From Phoronis australis (lineage: Eukaryota > Animalia > Phoronida), in assembly GCA_002633005.1 (NCBI GenBank), contig NMRA01000349.1, positions 275,106 through 339,105 on the forward strand: a stretch of 64,000 nucleotides of DNA, given 5' to 3'. Positions 37,901-45,800 of the stretch are shown piece by piece (the stretch's first letter is position 1; each line of letters starts with the position of its first letter). The notes below the pieces were generated by a model, which was not told the origin of the DNA, made no database searches, and worked only from the letters and a program-made list of their open reading frames with translations. The position numbers were made by a program, and so were the translations under genes.

Positions 37901-40810
37901 AACTGTCAGAATTGGGCACGTGCACCTATGTGTGTATCACTTGTCAAAACCAAAAGGCTAAGATTTTAAAATAGCCTGTGTTTGAAATTAATTATCTAAA
38001 ATAAAATGTACTCGGGAATCTGTTCTTAGTGTAACGTCAACTGTCCAAATGTGACCTGGCAAAATTCACATATCTTCAAATGGTGACTGAGCTCGCTAAA
38101 CCTTGTTGGCAAGAGATGAAAATGAAATCCATGAGATACTTGAAGTGAAAAGTCAGCAAATGTTGGTTAGTCAGTATTTTTGGCTCAAACCAAAATTTAG
38201 GAGCATCCCTGCATGCTCGTTGACTACTAATTCCCCCCCTTGGTTGGCGCATAGGCTCACCTGAGGCAGACTAACTCGATCAGGCCCTTCCGATTTTTGC
38301 CTAATGATTCCGACTTCTGTCTACTTCCTGTAGTATTTTGAATGCATGCTCGTATGTCATGTGGTGACTTCGTGGCGATTGAAACTTTTAGCCGCTCTCC
38401 AAACAAAGTCTGAGGTCACATTTGTGACTTACATGTCGTCAAATTGAGCCCTAACCTGTGTGCTGTAAATTGATGACAGAGTATGGTAGTGGAGTGTAGT
38501 TGAAATAGTATTGTGAGTCCCGCCATTGAATTAGTTTGCCACCCTGAGCATATCGACTGGTGCAGAACATTTTGTTTTCTGATAAACTAATTTGAAATTT
38601 TTCATTCAATTGTTTTTCAGGATATCCACGAGAGAGCGCTACGGAGTCTAGCTGAAATAACTGCAAAATGTGTAGAACAGTTTCACAAAGCTGGAGAGCT
38701 GATTTTACTGCAAAAGGATAATGACAAGAACCATCTGAGTAGAGCTGAAAACTTGGCAAGGTATAGCTCATTTTACTAGATTCATGATGAATGTGATATT
38801 TGTCTCGTTAGCCAATACATGTTGAGACTGCTTCATTGGGCATCACATTTCGCAACTGGTGACTTTGAAATCATACTCTTTGAGATTGCAGTTGGTACTT
38901 ACCACTGTGTCTGTAACTTGACGACCAGCTTTTTTTTGGGGGGATTAGGGGATAGCTGCTGTCTGTTTTTGTCAAATTTTTTTCCGGCCATTTAGAAACT
39001 GCAGACTATGAAAACTAAATTTGTCATGATTGAAAATTAAATTTTTCATTGTTTTAAAAGCAAGAATAGGTTTACTACAACAGGGATATTAGGAATAATG
39101 CTTATTGCAACTTTTGCGATCTTTTGTTGATATGTCACAACCTTTATTGTGTAGTTTGACTGAGAAACACAATGGGGCGAGTTAAATCTTGTATTACGCT
39201 ACTGATTATCTGAGAAATCTGAATACCCCCGAAGAATGCAGTGAAATTTGAATTTGGGAGCTCATCGCGGGTGGCTGTCACTTGTTGCAGTGTGATGTAA
39301 GGTTGTAGCTATTTTTTACAAATTGTTTCCTGTTGACTCTCTTGAAGGTGTACTTGTGAACTGTAGAATATCTTGAAATATAATATTTCAAGATTGTTTA
39401 TCAACGTCTTTATCAACATCACTTTCACTGTCTCAATGTTTACTACACTTTTGTTGCACTGAGTCAATCTTGTGATCCTAAGTGCTGTTAGGTATCGTAA
39501 TGACTTTTGATCTCACTTGGTTCAGTGTTGACGTCCTATTGGCAATGGGGACTTGAAACAGGCCGAGACATCTTTTAAAAAATACTTGTTAATAGCTCTG
39601 GAGAAAAAAGTTTTTGTTGCGGCGGGTTGGCATTCCTGAAATTAATAATCAAATTAACACAGTATGGTCTGATTAGAGTTAATTTAAATTATTTAGCTTT
39701 TGCTCCTTGATTCTGTTCTGCACACTGATTTATCCGAGTTTGGAGTTTAAACTTTGCCTGTCTATGTGACTGGTTGATACACCTTGCTCTTTTTCTTGGG
39801 AATCATTTAATTGTTCTTGTCACCCGTTGTGTTCCAGCCTGACACGCGTGGTATGCACGGAAGTACAGATACTGTCCAACAAGTTTACAGCGTGCCTGAC
39901 TGCAGCAGCGGTAAGACAATTGTATAGTTCTTTTTTGTCAAGCAATTGTGTTAATTGACGAATGGCAGCAGTGTCAGGAGTGGTGATCGAACTCTTATCA
40001 TGAGATGGGGAACGCTTGTTTTGGAGAGTTACCCTTACACGGAGGGATTGGAGTATGTCTCATCACTCACTGTTCTTTGCCTAAGAAGCGGAATAACTAC
40101 CCCAAACAGGCACACTTGACCTGCACCGTAGTGTGTGGAAAGGGTTCTTGCGGTGCGTGGTAAGTTTTGTGGAGAGTGGTAAAGGGTTCTGCTCCCGTGG
40201 GAAAGAATCTCTGGGTTAAATGTTGTATGGCCCGTGATAAGTGTTCTACTTTCTGTGGTTAGTGTTTTGTCACTCCTGAGTGTTATCAGAAACTTGTGAC
40301 TTGAATTTGTGTTCAAGCAAACTTTCATAACTTTGAATTTTAAACATTTTTCTCCATTAGTCCCAAATAAATACATCAATTCGAATCAACGAGCAAGGCG
40401 AGAAGAAAGTTGCTTCCATAGCAGCATCTCTCTTTCGTCCAGTTTCAAGACCTGACCTTTGTTGTTAATTTATATTCTTCAAGGTTAATGGTAACATAAT
40501 GACCATTCATGGCAGGAGTGATGTGTGTGAATATTTTTAAAAAGGGTGTGTTGAAACAATTTTTAGAGTTATGTTCGCAAAAGTGCAGTGTAAAGCGTGA
40601 TGTCAGTTGGTACTAGAACACAAGCCAGTGTAACACTTAATTTGTTTTCAGGAAGACTCCGATGAGGTCAACCCTTTGCTGACTGATGTCTACCTGGAGG
40701 CTACCAACAGTAATCAGTACATAATGGACGCGTTCAAGTTGTTATTACCTGTCCTGCAACGGGCAGCACTGGAGGTGTTTGCCGACCGTTGTCAAGGCAA
40801 CTGTCAGTAA
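4860..40810 (+). CDS. FAM114A2: FAM114A family protein (FAM114A2/Noxp20-like), spliced, 5'-partial. Exons: 4860-4965, 19596-19757, 33543-33628, 34517-34591, 38621-38760, 39838-39910, 40652-40810
   Basis: All exons are AG/GT bounded with consistent phases. The spliced translation contains [70 protein letters not shown] and VNPLLTDVYLEATNSNQYIMDAFKLLLPVLQ. These match recalled FAM114A1/A2 motifs ([48 protein letters not shown]). Stop TAA at 40808-40810. Confidence 0.92.
4913..5250 (+). repeat. ~81-bp minisatellite overlapping a FAM114A exon end and donor; more units at about 19270-19465
   Basis: CTTGAGAAGGCACAA..GCTAGCTT..GTTTACTGTTTGATGAGTTCCAAGGTAA repeated about 4 times. Confidence 0.85.
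5627..7058 (+). mobile_element. Second, near-identical HINE copy spanning the assembly gap
   Basis: 5627-5902 matches 15225-15480 and 6836-7058 matches 16070-16310. Confidence 0.78.
5903..6835. other. Assembly gap (933 N)
   Basis: Run of N. Confidence 1.
12134..14532. mobile_element. 2.4-kb non-autonomous Tc1/mariner-pogo-like element
   Basis: TIRs CCRTAATCGTTCGGGTTAAYGCCC, TA on both flanks, subterminal TTAACCGCCC/TAAGCGCCC repeats at both ends. Confidence 0.82.
15225..16310 (+). mobile_element. Non-autonomous Helentron-associated (HINE/DINE-1/pearl-like) element, complete copy
   Basis: T-run start, 5' subTIR ATGCGCCCACA with its nearby inverted copy TGTGGACGCAT, (GTCC)n microsatellite, ~150-bp internal repeats, 3' subTIR TGTGGGCTCAT, 3' hairpin CAACGC..GCGTTG, then TT. 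Confidence 0.8.
16999..17263 (+). mobile_element. Solo LTR
   Basis: TGTTGTGTA...TACACAACA termini, internal AATAAA, 5-bp TSD CTTAC. Confidence 0.88.
18500..18865. repeat. ~80-100-bp tandem repeat, 4 units
   Basis: TCTGAACAC.TA.TTGAT...GAATTCTGTTCTTGAAAG.GTGATTGTCTCTTGACT recurs at about 18545, 18643, 18722 and 18814. Confidence 0.8.
19596..19757 (+). CDS. FAM114A2: FAM114A exon ([27 protein letters not shown]...DDVE)
   Basis: tgtatag| acceptor, |gtgact donor, 162 nt, phase 1-1. Confidence 0.88.
19868..20019. mobile_element. Short MITE with ATTGACCT termini; inverted relative at 49751-49929
   Basis: AATTGACCTATC...GATAGGTCAATT ends; internal sequence shared with the 49.8-kb copy. Confidence 0.65.
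22385..23285 (-). repeat. ~117-120-bp coding-like tandem array of degenerate C2H2 zinc-finger units, copy A
   Basis: Units translate as DDYKKLNGEQSWDDAESARY..VYSS...SH. The downstream unit CHLCGRVCSNRTALTRHMRTY is finger-like. Stops and frameshifts are present. Confidence 0.7.
23287..24252 (-). CDS. EEP-superfamily (endonuclease/exonuclease/phosphatase, DNase I/APE fold) protein with a C-terminal heptad coil, copy A, intact, 321 aa
   Basis: Motifs in order: SLNA, PDLVFLQE, ATYHG, VLVGGDFN, KIDY, LDHKP. The C-terminus has 7-aa repeats (IDQLSSL/IDKLSTQ/IDQLTTQ). Nested antisense in a FAM114A intron. Confidence 0.85.
   Translation of the reverse strand: MAIDFISLNAGRKKGVTTDKVYEYIHGLLKDKQPDLVFLQELSSAKMLLSYLNTHADSLKPACYEVWEGRKDRAGGYTSFVYNLNNVLIEEHDFINMHERLCILKHISEDSEFATRLFIRKFWIKGMSDTYILVATYHGRYKAKDVKESILNELLFLLDYMSKQNGFKVLVGGDFNYESDKAQSVLAKYPQFHLYEAGEKKIDYLLYNGPQYHICNIQFGEGDENILDHKPLLAVLDISSRPIDQLSSLVNQVSTQIDKLSTQTSKDPLGTKTDKLCSQIDQLTTQIGKLMPLLDKHGSQDDTQFPEEGEPRGVNNQAAIE
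27750..28890 (-). repeat. ~117-120-bp coding-like tandem array with three intact C2H2-type fingers, copy B
   Basis: CTICGCVCSNRAGLISHLRSH, CTQCGRVCSNRAALAWHMRTH and CTQCGHVCSNRGALTRHMGTH. ORFs 28011..28622 and 27750..27965 are in the same frame, separated by one TAA. Confidence 0.72.
29004..30343 (-). pseudogene. EEP-superfamily paralog, copy B, interrupted by a 401-bp MITE
   Basis: MKIKLINLNAG...KKPHL (30343-30239) joins in frame to MFLQE...ATYHG...GGDFN...KIDY...LGHQP once 29838-30238 and one CAG copy are removed. Heptads (LIDLETR)n lie at about 29050-29215. Confidence 0.82.
29838..30238. mobile_element. PIF/Harbinger-type MITE, 401 bp
   Basis: TIRs GGCCCGGTCTCYAATCTTTKTACTCGAAA at both ends; 3-bp CAG target duplication at 29835-29837 and 30239-30241. 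Confidence 0.88.
31307..32330 (+). mobile_element. Second family of HINE-like non-autonomous element, interrupted by the solo LTR
   Basis: T-run followed by the palindrome TACTTGGCGGAATTTTAATTCCGCCAAGTA, then internal repeats; right end uncertain. Confidence 0.5.
31839..32101 (+). mobile_element. Solo LTR, same family as 16999-17263
   Basis: Same termini, highly similar body, a different 5-bp TSD (CAAAT). Confidence 0.88.
33543..33628 (+). CDS. FAM114A2: FAM114A exon (DETEHDFVKLVTNHLTEVHLGTAPDKLNQ)
   Basis: ctttcag| acceptor, |gtagg donor, 86 nt, phase 1-0. Confidence 0.85.
34517..34591 (+). CDS. FAM114A2: FAM114A exon (AHLQTREWLSKCFLEQAAGDSVDPQ)
   Basis: ctttcag| acceptor, |gtcagt donor, 75 nt, phase 0-0. 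Confidence 0.82.
35336..35351 (-). promoter_or_regulatory. Histone 3' stem-loop (SLBP-type), distal copy, with a possible HDE downstream
   Basis: The minus strand reads ACCAAC-GGCCCT-TTTA-AGGGCC-ACTCA. A purine-rich CAGAAGAA follows about 13 nt 3' of the stem. Confidence 0.88.
35377..35392 (-). promoter_or_regulatory. Histone 3' stem-loop (SLBP-type), proximal copy
   Basis: The minus strand reads TTCAAC-GGTTCT-TTTA-AGAACC-ATTTC. The 6-bp stem and 4-nt loop fit the metazoan GGYYYU-UYUN-ARRRCC consensus. Confidence 0.85.
35403..35720 (-). CDS. Intronless 105-aa acidic Cys/His protein with PHD-like C4HC3 spacing
   Basis: ATG at 35720-35718 (MDVGEE...). CVVC...CYNC-HRYC-H-LL-C...CDLC gives C-x2-C/C-x2-C-x4-H-x2-C/C-x2-C. 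Histone-type stem-loops follow 10 nt after the stop. Confidence 0.65.
   Translation of the reverse strand: MDVGEEHQSGDSNTESYEGDDFRNLIRCVVCHFFPTVQDYLWIQEQELNDAGFVTTLVNGDIYLRCYNCHRYCHLLCFHPTFPDENFNEEDLQYLSEHGILCDLC
37560..37768 (-). pseudogene. THAP zinc-finger domain relic, probably a DNA-transposase N-terminus
   Basis: MVGCCVAGCS...GVSFH...W, then YICSRHFEDGCF in another frame across an A-run, giving the C2CH THAP signature. Confidence 0.75.
38621..38760 (+). CDS. FAM114A2: FAM114A exon ([30 protein letters not shown]...)
   Basis: ttttcag| acceptor, |gtatag donor, 140 nt, phase 0-2. Confidence 0.9.
39838..39910 (+). CDS. FAM114A2: FAM114A exon ([24 protein letters not shown])
   Basis: gttccag| acceptor, |gtaag donor, 73 nt, phase 2-0. 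Confidence 0.9.
40652..40810 (+). CDS. FAM114A2: FAM114A last coding exon (EDSDEVNPLLTDVYLEATNSNQYIMDAFKLLLPVLQRAALEVFADRCQGNCQ*)
   Basis: ttttcag| acceptor, 159 nt ending in TAA. Confidence 0.9.
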   Translation, partial: EDSDEVNPLLTDVYLEATNSNQYIMDAFKLLLPVLQRAALEVFADRCQGNCQ

Positions 40811-42683
40811 CCAATGGGGATCACTGTAGGTGCTTGCCGACCGTTGTCAAGGCAACTGTCAGTAACCAGAACATAAGAGATGCATTCAAGGTGTTAAAAT
40901 CTGTTCCGAAATGGGCTGCACTGGAGTCAATCACAGATCTTTTTCATGTCAACTGTAACCAGTACATGGCTGATGCATTCATGGTGTTGTTGCCCACAGA
41001 GGGCGCTGTTGAACAGTGATGTTGCTGTTATCGAGCCAACTACATCACCTCTACATACAATTGGTGCAACCATTGTCGGAGCTCACTGATTAATCCAAAC
41101 ACAAAACTTCTTAAAAATTTTAAGTACTAAATTGCCCCTGTGGTTACCTGAATCCAAAAAAAATCCAAGTATTGCAAAATGTTTAAAAATATGATGCAAC
41201 AACCTGCATTTCTATTCCTGTTTGTGGGTCCAAATGTCATCATAGTAGTGGCTGATACATCGTCACTAAACATCTGAGTAGTTCTAAATAATGTGTATGA
41301 GAATGTTCGTGCAACTTGCGTAATATCAAATACAATATTGTATGATCGAGCTTGGCAAACTTGTAGTTCATGACACGACCTCATGAACAAACCGTCCCGT
41401 GGTACTTTTTGCTGAAGAGCAATCTGTGAAATGCCATCGTCTCGAGGCTGGCTGAACGTTATTTGTGAAGCCAGTGATGCTTAGGGATATCAAATTTCCT
41501 CAGAATTGATAAGAAATCCAGCTTTTATGCCAGCGATGTTGGGCTACATCAGATATTTTTTAAATGACTACGAATACGTGTTGGCGTGCTACTCAACAAG
41601 TCAGTCACTTGCAGACTTGTCATGTCAGCTGCCACTAGAAGTTAACTTTGGTCCTTTTCAAATGGCCTTTTTACATATAAAATGCGATGTCACATTCACA
41701 ATGGGTTGTGAGAAACTATTCGCACAAAACAGATGAGACTACGTTTCCAGCCAACAGGTGGTGCTATTCTAAAACTTTGTTATTCTCACTGGCACATTTT
41801 CCATGTTTATGTAAAGAAGTGAAAATAGTTTTGATGCAAGACTAATTGTTTAAAGCTGTCGAAGACTGCCCTGGGCAGTTATTCACATATCCCCATTTGC
41901 CTGGTTGCGATTAAATCCATGTTTTTCAAATAGTTTAATTCCTTATCATCCGAGAGCCTGGTGTTCCTGGTCTTATTTTCTTTAATTTGCCAAATGGTGT
42001 TGAATTTAGATTATTGTAAATGAATCTGACTAACGCCATTTCCTACTTTCAGTCAGTTGATGTTATCAAATTGTTGATTTACAGGACGTGCTCCTGTCAC
42101 AAGATTTTATGCATTTTTTATTTTGTTTGCTAACATGCTTTGAATGATGTTAAATGTAAGGCTACAACTCGTGTTGCATTCCGAAAATTGCACATGGTGT
42201 CAACGTCGCACACTGGTGATCGTTGCTAAGACTGTATTACAGTAAAACTCTCAGAATTTATGTGGGAGGGATCTTTGCAAAATTCTGTGGTACCACGTCA
42301 TGCACTTACCCCTTCAGATAGGGTGGATAAACTGTCCAGTTGGGTCAGACTTGTGCGACTACCATACCCTTAATTTAATATTGCACCCTTTCGTACCACG
42401 TGCATGGCTGTAGTTGGCAAAGAATTGAGCAAAAATTGTGACCAACCTGTTGAATGTGAAAACGGCCATTCACTCAGGACCACATCTCATGATAGCGTTG
42501 ATAGATTCAGAGAAGGAATAAAATAACTTTGAAGATGCTTTGAAAGCAATTCATGCATGTTTTATTTCTTAATAGCACATACCATTCAATGTGTACATTA
42601 TATTCATGTTCCAGAGTTTCAAACATGTAAGGACAATGTCCACACGCGTTAAGTCCACTAAGACATCAATTCTATGACCTTCC

Positions 42684-42862
42684 TCAAGACCGTTTCCCTC
42701 GTTTATTCCCCGTGGGTGGTGATTGCAGCTGAAATCCTTTATTGACATTCGTTTGACCAAACGCAAACGACGTGGATCCACTCGCGGGTGCTGAACCAAG
42801 ACTGAATCCAGTGGATCCTCCACTCAGACCGGTTGCGTTTCCAAACAAACCGGTCCCTGCCC
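42684..42862 (-). CDS. NUP58: NUP58 last coding exon (...SFAFGQTNVNKGFQLQSPPTGNKRGKRS*)
   Basis: 179 nt, ttgcag| acceptor, TGA at 42686-42684; carries the diagnostic Nup58 C-terminal motif. Confidence 0.92.
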
Positions 42863-45800
42863 CTGCAATGAACGGCTATTGTTAGTTTATGCTCCATTAA
42901 TATGTCATAAACTAAAACTTAAAATCAGCTCTGCATCAGCTTTCTGCTAAAATAATTTACTTAAAATTTATAGCAGTTGCCGCTATGATTTTGGTCTTGA
43001 CTTTCTAGTTTAAGGATTCTTGTAATTTTTTAACATTAAAATATCCTATGAAATCTATTAAAAATACTGATAAATACAACATAAAGAAAAGGCGAGATGA
43101 GATAATTACGAGGTCTTTATATTTAGTTTAAGTCTTACCCCTACAATACTTGCCACACGTGGTCTATCATAAATTATCGGTTATATTTTATTACATCCAT
43201 GTTCCTGTTGACAAAGGACATTTAATTGTAAAGTTTCAGAATCCCTGGTTTGTTATTCCTAGTACTCGTATACCAGCCATCGTATTCAATTGTGGGACTG
43301 ATTTATCTTATCTCTAAATTTCCTCGGTTTAAAAATGACTGAGCTTGGAAAGAACTGATAGCTTCTTCATGTCTCGGTCTAGTGAAGCCTTCCACGGAGG
43401 CAAGACACTCATGAGCACAGCTAGTGTGATCATTTGTTTTGCTCGTAATACGTGGGGATATCTCGCCAAACCTTGCAAGATTTTGCTTTCTTAAAAAAAT
43501 TGGATAATTAAAACTTCTCAATTATTTAGTGAAGTAAGTATTAAGGGCGGGGGGCAGGGCAGAGTATTACCCAGGATTCTGCCCGTCAGACATTTGCACC
43601 CCAGAACTGTCATAAGGAATCTAGGAGAATTTTGGGAGGCCACCACTGAGTATGGCTGGAAATGGACTGGTTCTGAGATTAAACACTAGATGGAGATACC
43701 AGCTGGCACATAGAGACTAATTTTATGATGATTAGCGGTAAACGTCTAGATATTTTTACAAAAGGCAGATGCACAGCAGCTATGACGGAGACAAATACTT
43801 TAAATTAAAAGTGGCATTGTGCCCTGTTTAGCAGACTAAAAAACAATCAAATGAAAAGAGGCTTTATACACTCATAAAATCGGTCTGGTAACATTTCTGA
43901 CTGTGATATTATTCTGTTTCCTTTTCCATACAAGAGAATTGGCAACTTGAGATTAAGAAAATGCGTCAAGTTATAACCAAACGGGCAAACTTAAGCTTAA
44001 AAATTTTCAAAACGAGTTTTCCTTTGCAAATAAGAAAACAAGTTATTACAAAACCAAGTAATTGGGTTAGCAATGATGGCAGGCAATGTAATTTTTGCAA
44101 ACGTGACATGTTTCAACGAGTGTAGCTGCTTTAAAAGATGTCACTTATCCATGACCACAGGATTGGCAAGCACGGTCTCCAAGCTAACATCTCGTCAGTC
44201 GATAAACAAACAAGACGGCAACGAAAGCAGGCTTGCAGGTTTTAATTAGCAGATTAAATGTGAGCTAGCGGTATGAGTGCCAAGAGGTGATTACGCAACT
44301 GAGTTACAAGCAATGATAGCAACGCTGGCGCGGCATTTCCAAAGCTGATCACTTTGCTGAGACTTTCATTTTTGGCTTAAGAAACTATCTGCGAGTTACT
44401 CAACCAAGACACAAGCACATATTATGTTTCCAGTAATGTCGATAAGAACACCATGAATCATAAACAATCACGTAATTCCCAACTAGTGGGAGACAGCTCT
44501 GGACGTTATCATAAACCTGCGTTTTGCCGAAACAACTTTTCAGTTGGGTCATATACCGTTACAACACCAGTCTTGACATATTCCGTACTCAGTTTAAAGT
44601 GAATTCTGTGAGAACAGCTGACAGTTAATTACTGCTCACAGCCAGCCTCAGATGAGCGTCGGTGACGAGCCAAAATGTTGAGCATGATATCGAGCACTAG
44701 CACACTACCACCTCTAACATGAGTAGGGAACAAGTTCAGACCAGTTAAACAATACTGCTAACAGTAAATGCTCGAAATCAACACTTGGTCTTTTAAGTTC
44801 AGTGCCTACTTCTTTACCGAGGATCGCGTTTCTTTTAACATCTTGAAATATTGCCAGTACGTAAATTCCTATATTTTTCGAATCCTTGATAATCTGAAGT
44901 CGATAATGTGATCGAAAAATATACTGGGGTTTTATGAACTGACAATCAATATTTCAAAAGATTATAAAAGAAACGTGGTCTTCAGTAATGAAGGTAGGCA
45001 GTGGCCTCAAAGGAAGATGAATTGTAGCTTTAAGGTTGTAGAAGCAGGAAACTTACTAATGATAGTTTAAGCTAAGTGGGGTCTTCAGGTCCACTCTTAA
45101 CCTGCATTAGAGAGTGACAGTTAAGTGAGAGAAAACAGAGTGTGAAAACGGCGTCGCCGCGTTCCCAAAGGTTAGTCCCACATGAGACCCCCGTGGCGTG
45201 TCTGACGAGCGAGCACCACGAGGCTAACACGCACACCACCTCCGAGACTAGCCTTAGAGTGTAGGACTTATCTAGCAAAGGTGTTATGAGTGTACAGCCA
45301 TGTACACTGGTAGGAGGATGGTAAAGCAGTGATCCTGCACGGCACTCGTCAGGCCATTGCTGCTATTTTGGGAGTTCACGGCAGGGTTAAAACCAAAAGC
45401 TTTTCTGCAATACCAGGTCACCCTTTGGGAATGGAAATAAATATCGCTCAGTATACAACAGTGAAAATTGTCTCTAAAGTTTTTGCAGTGTACTTCAGAC
45501 ATAAATTCAATGCACCTGCAGCAGACACAGCCAAAAGCTGTAACTGTAACGTTTGAACCTAAAAGAAAAAAGATATTTCCAAATGTTTGTTTCGTGAAGA
45601 TGATCTTAAAAACTAGATATGGGTGATTTATAATTTGGTTGCAAACTGTCGTGTATTGGAGTAATGAGAAGATAATGAAAGGATTGCCAAATTATGGCAC
45701 AACAATTTTTGTCAATACACATTAATTTAAAGTTCCACTATTTCCAAAACCCCTCCCAAATGAGCAGTATTTTGCTATACAGCTGGCGTTGACGTCAGCT

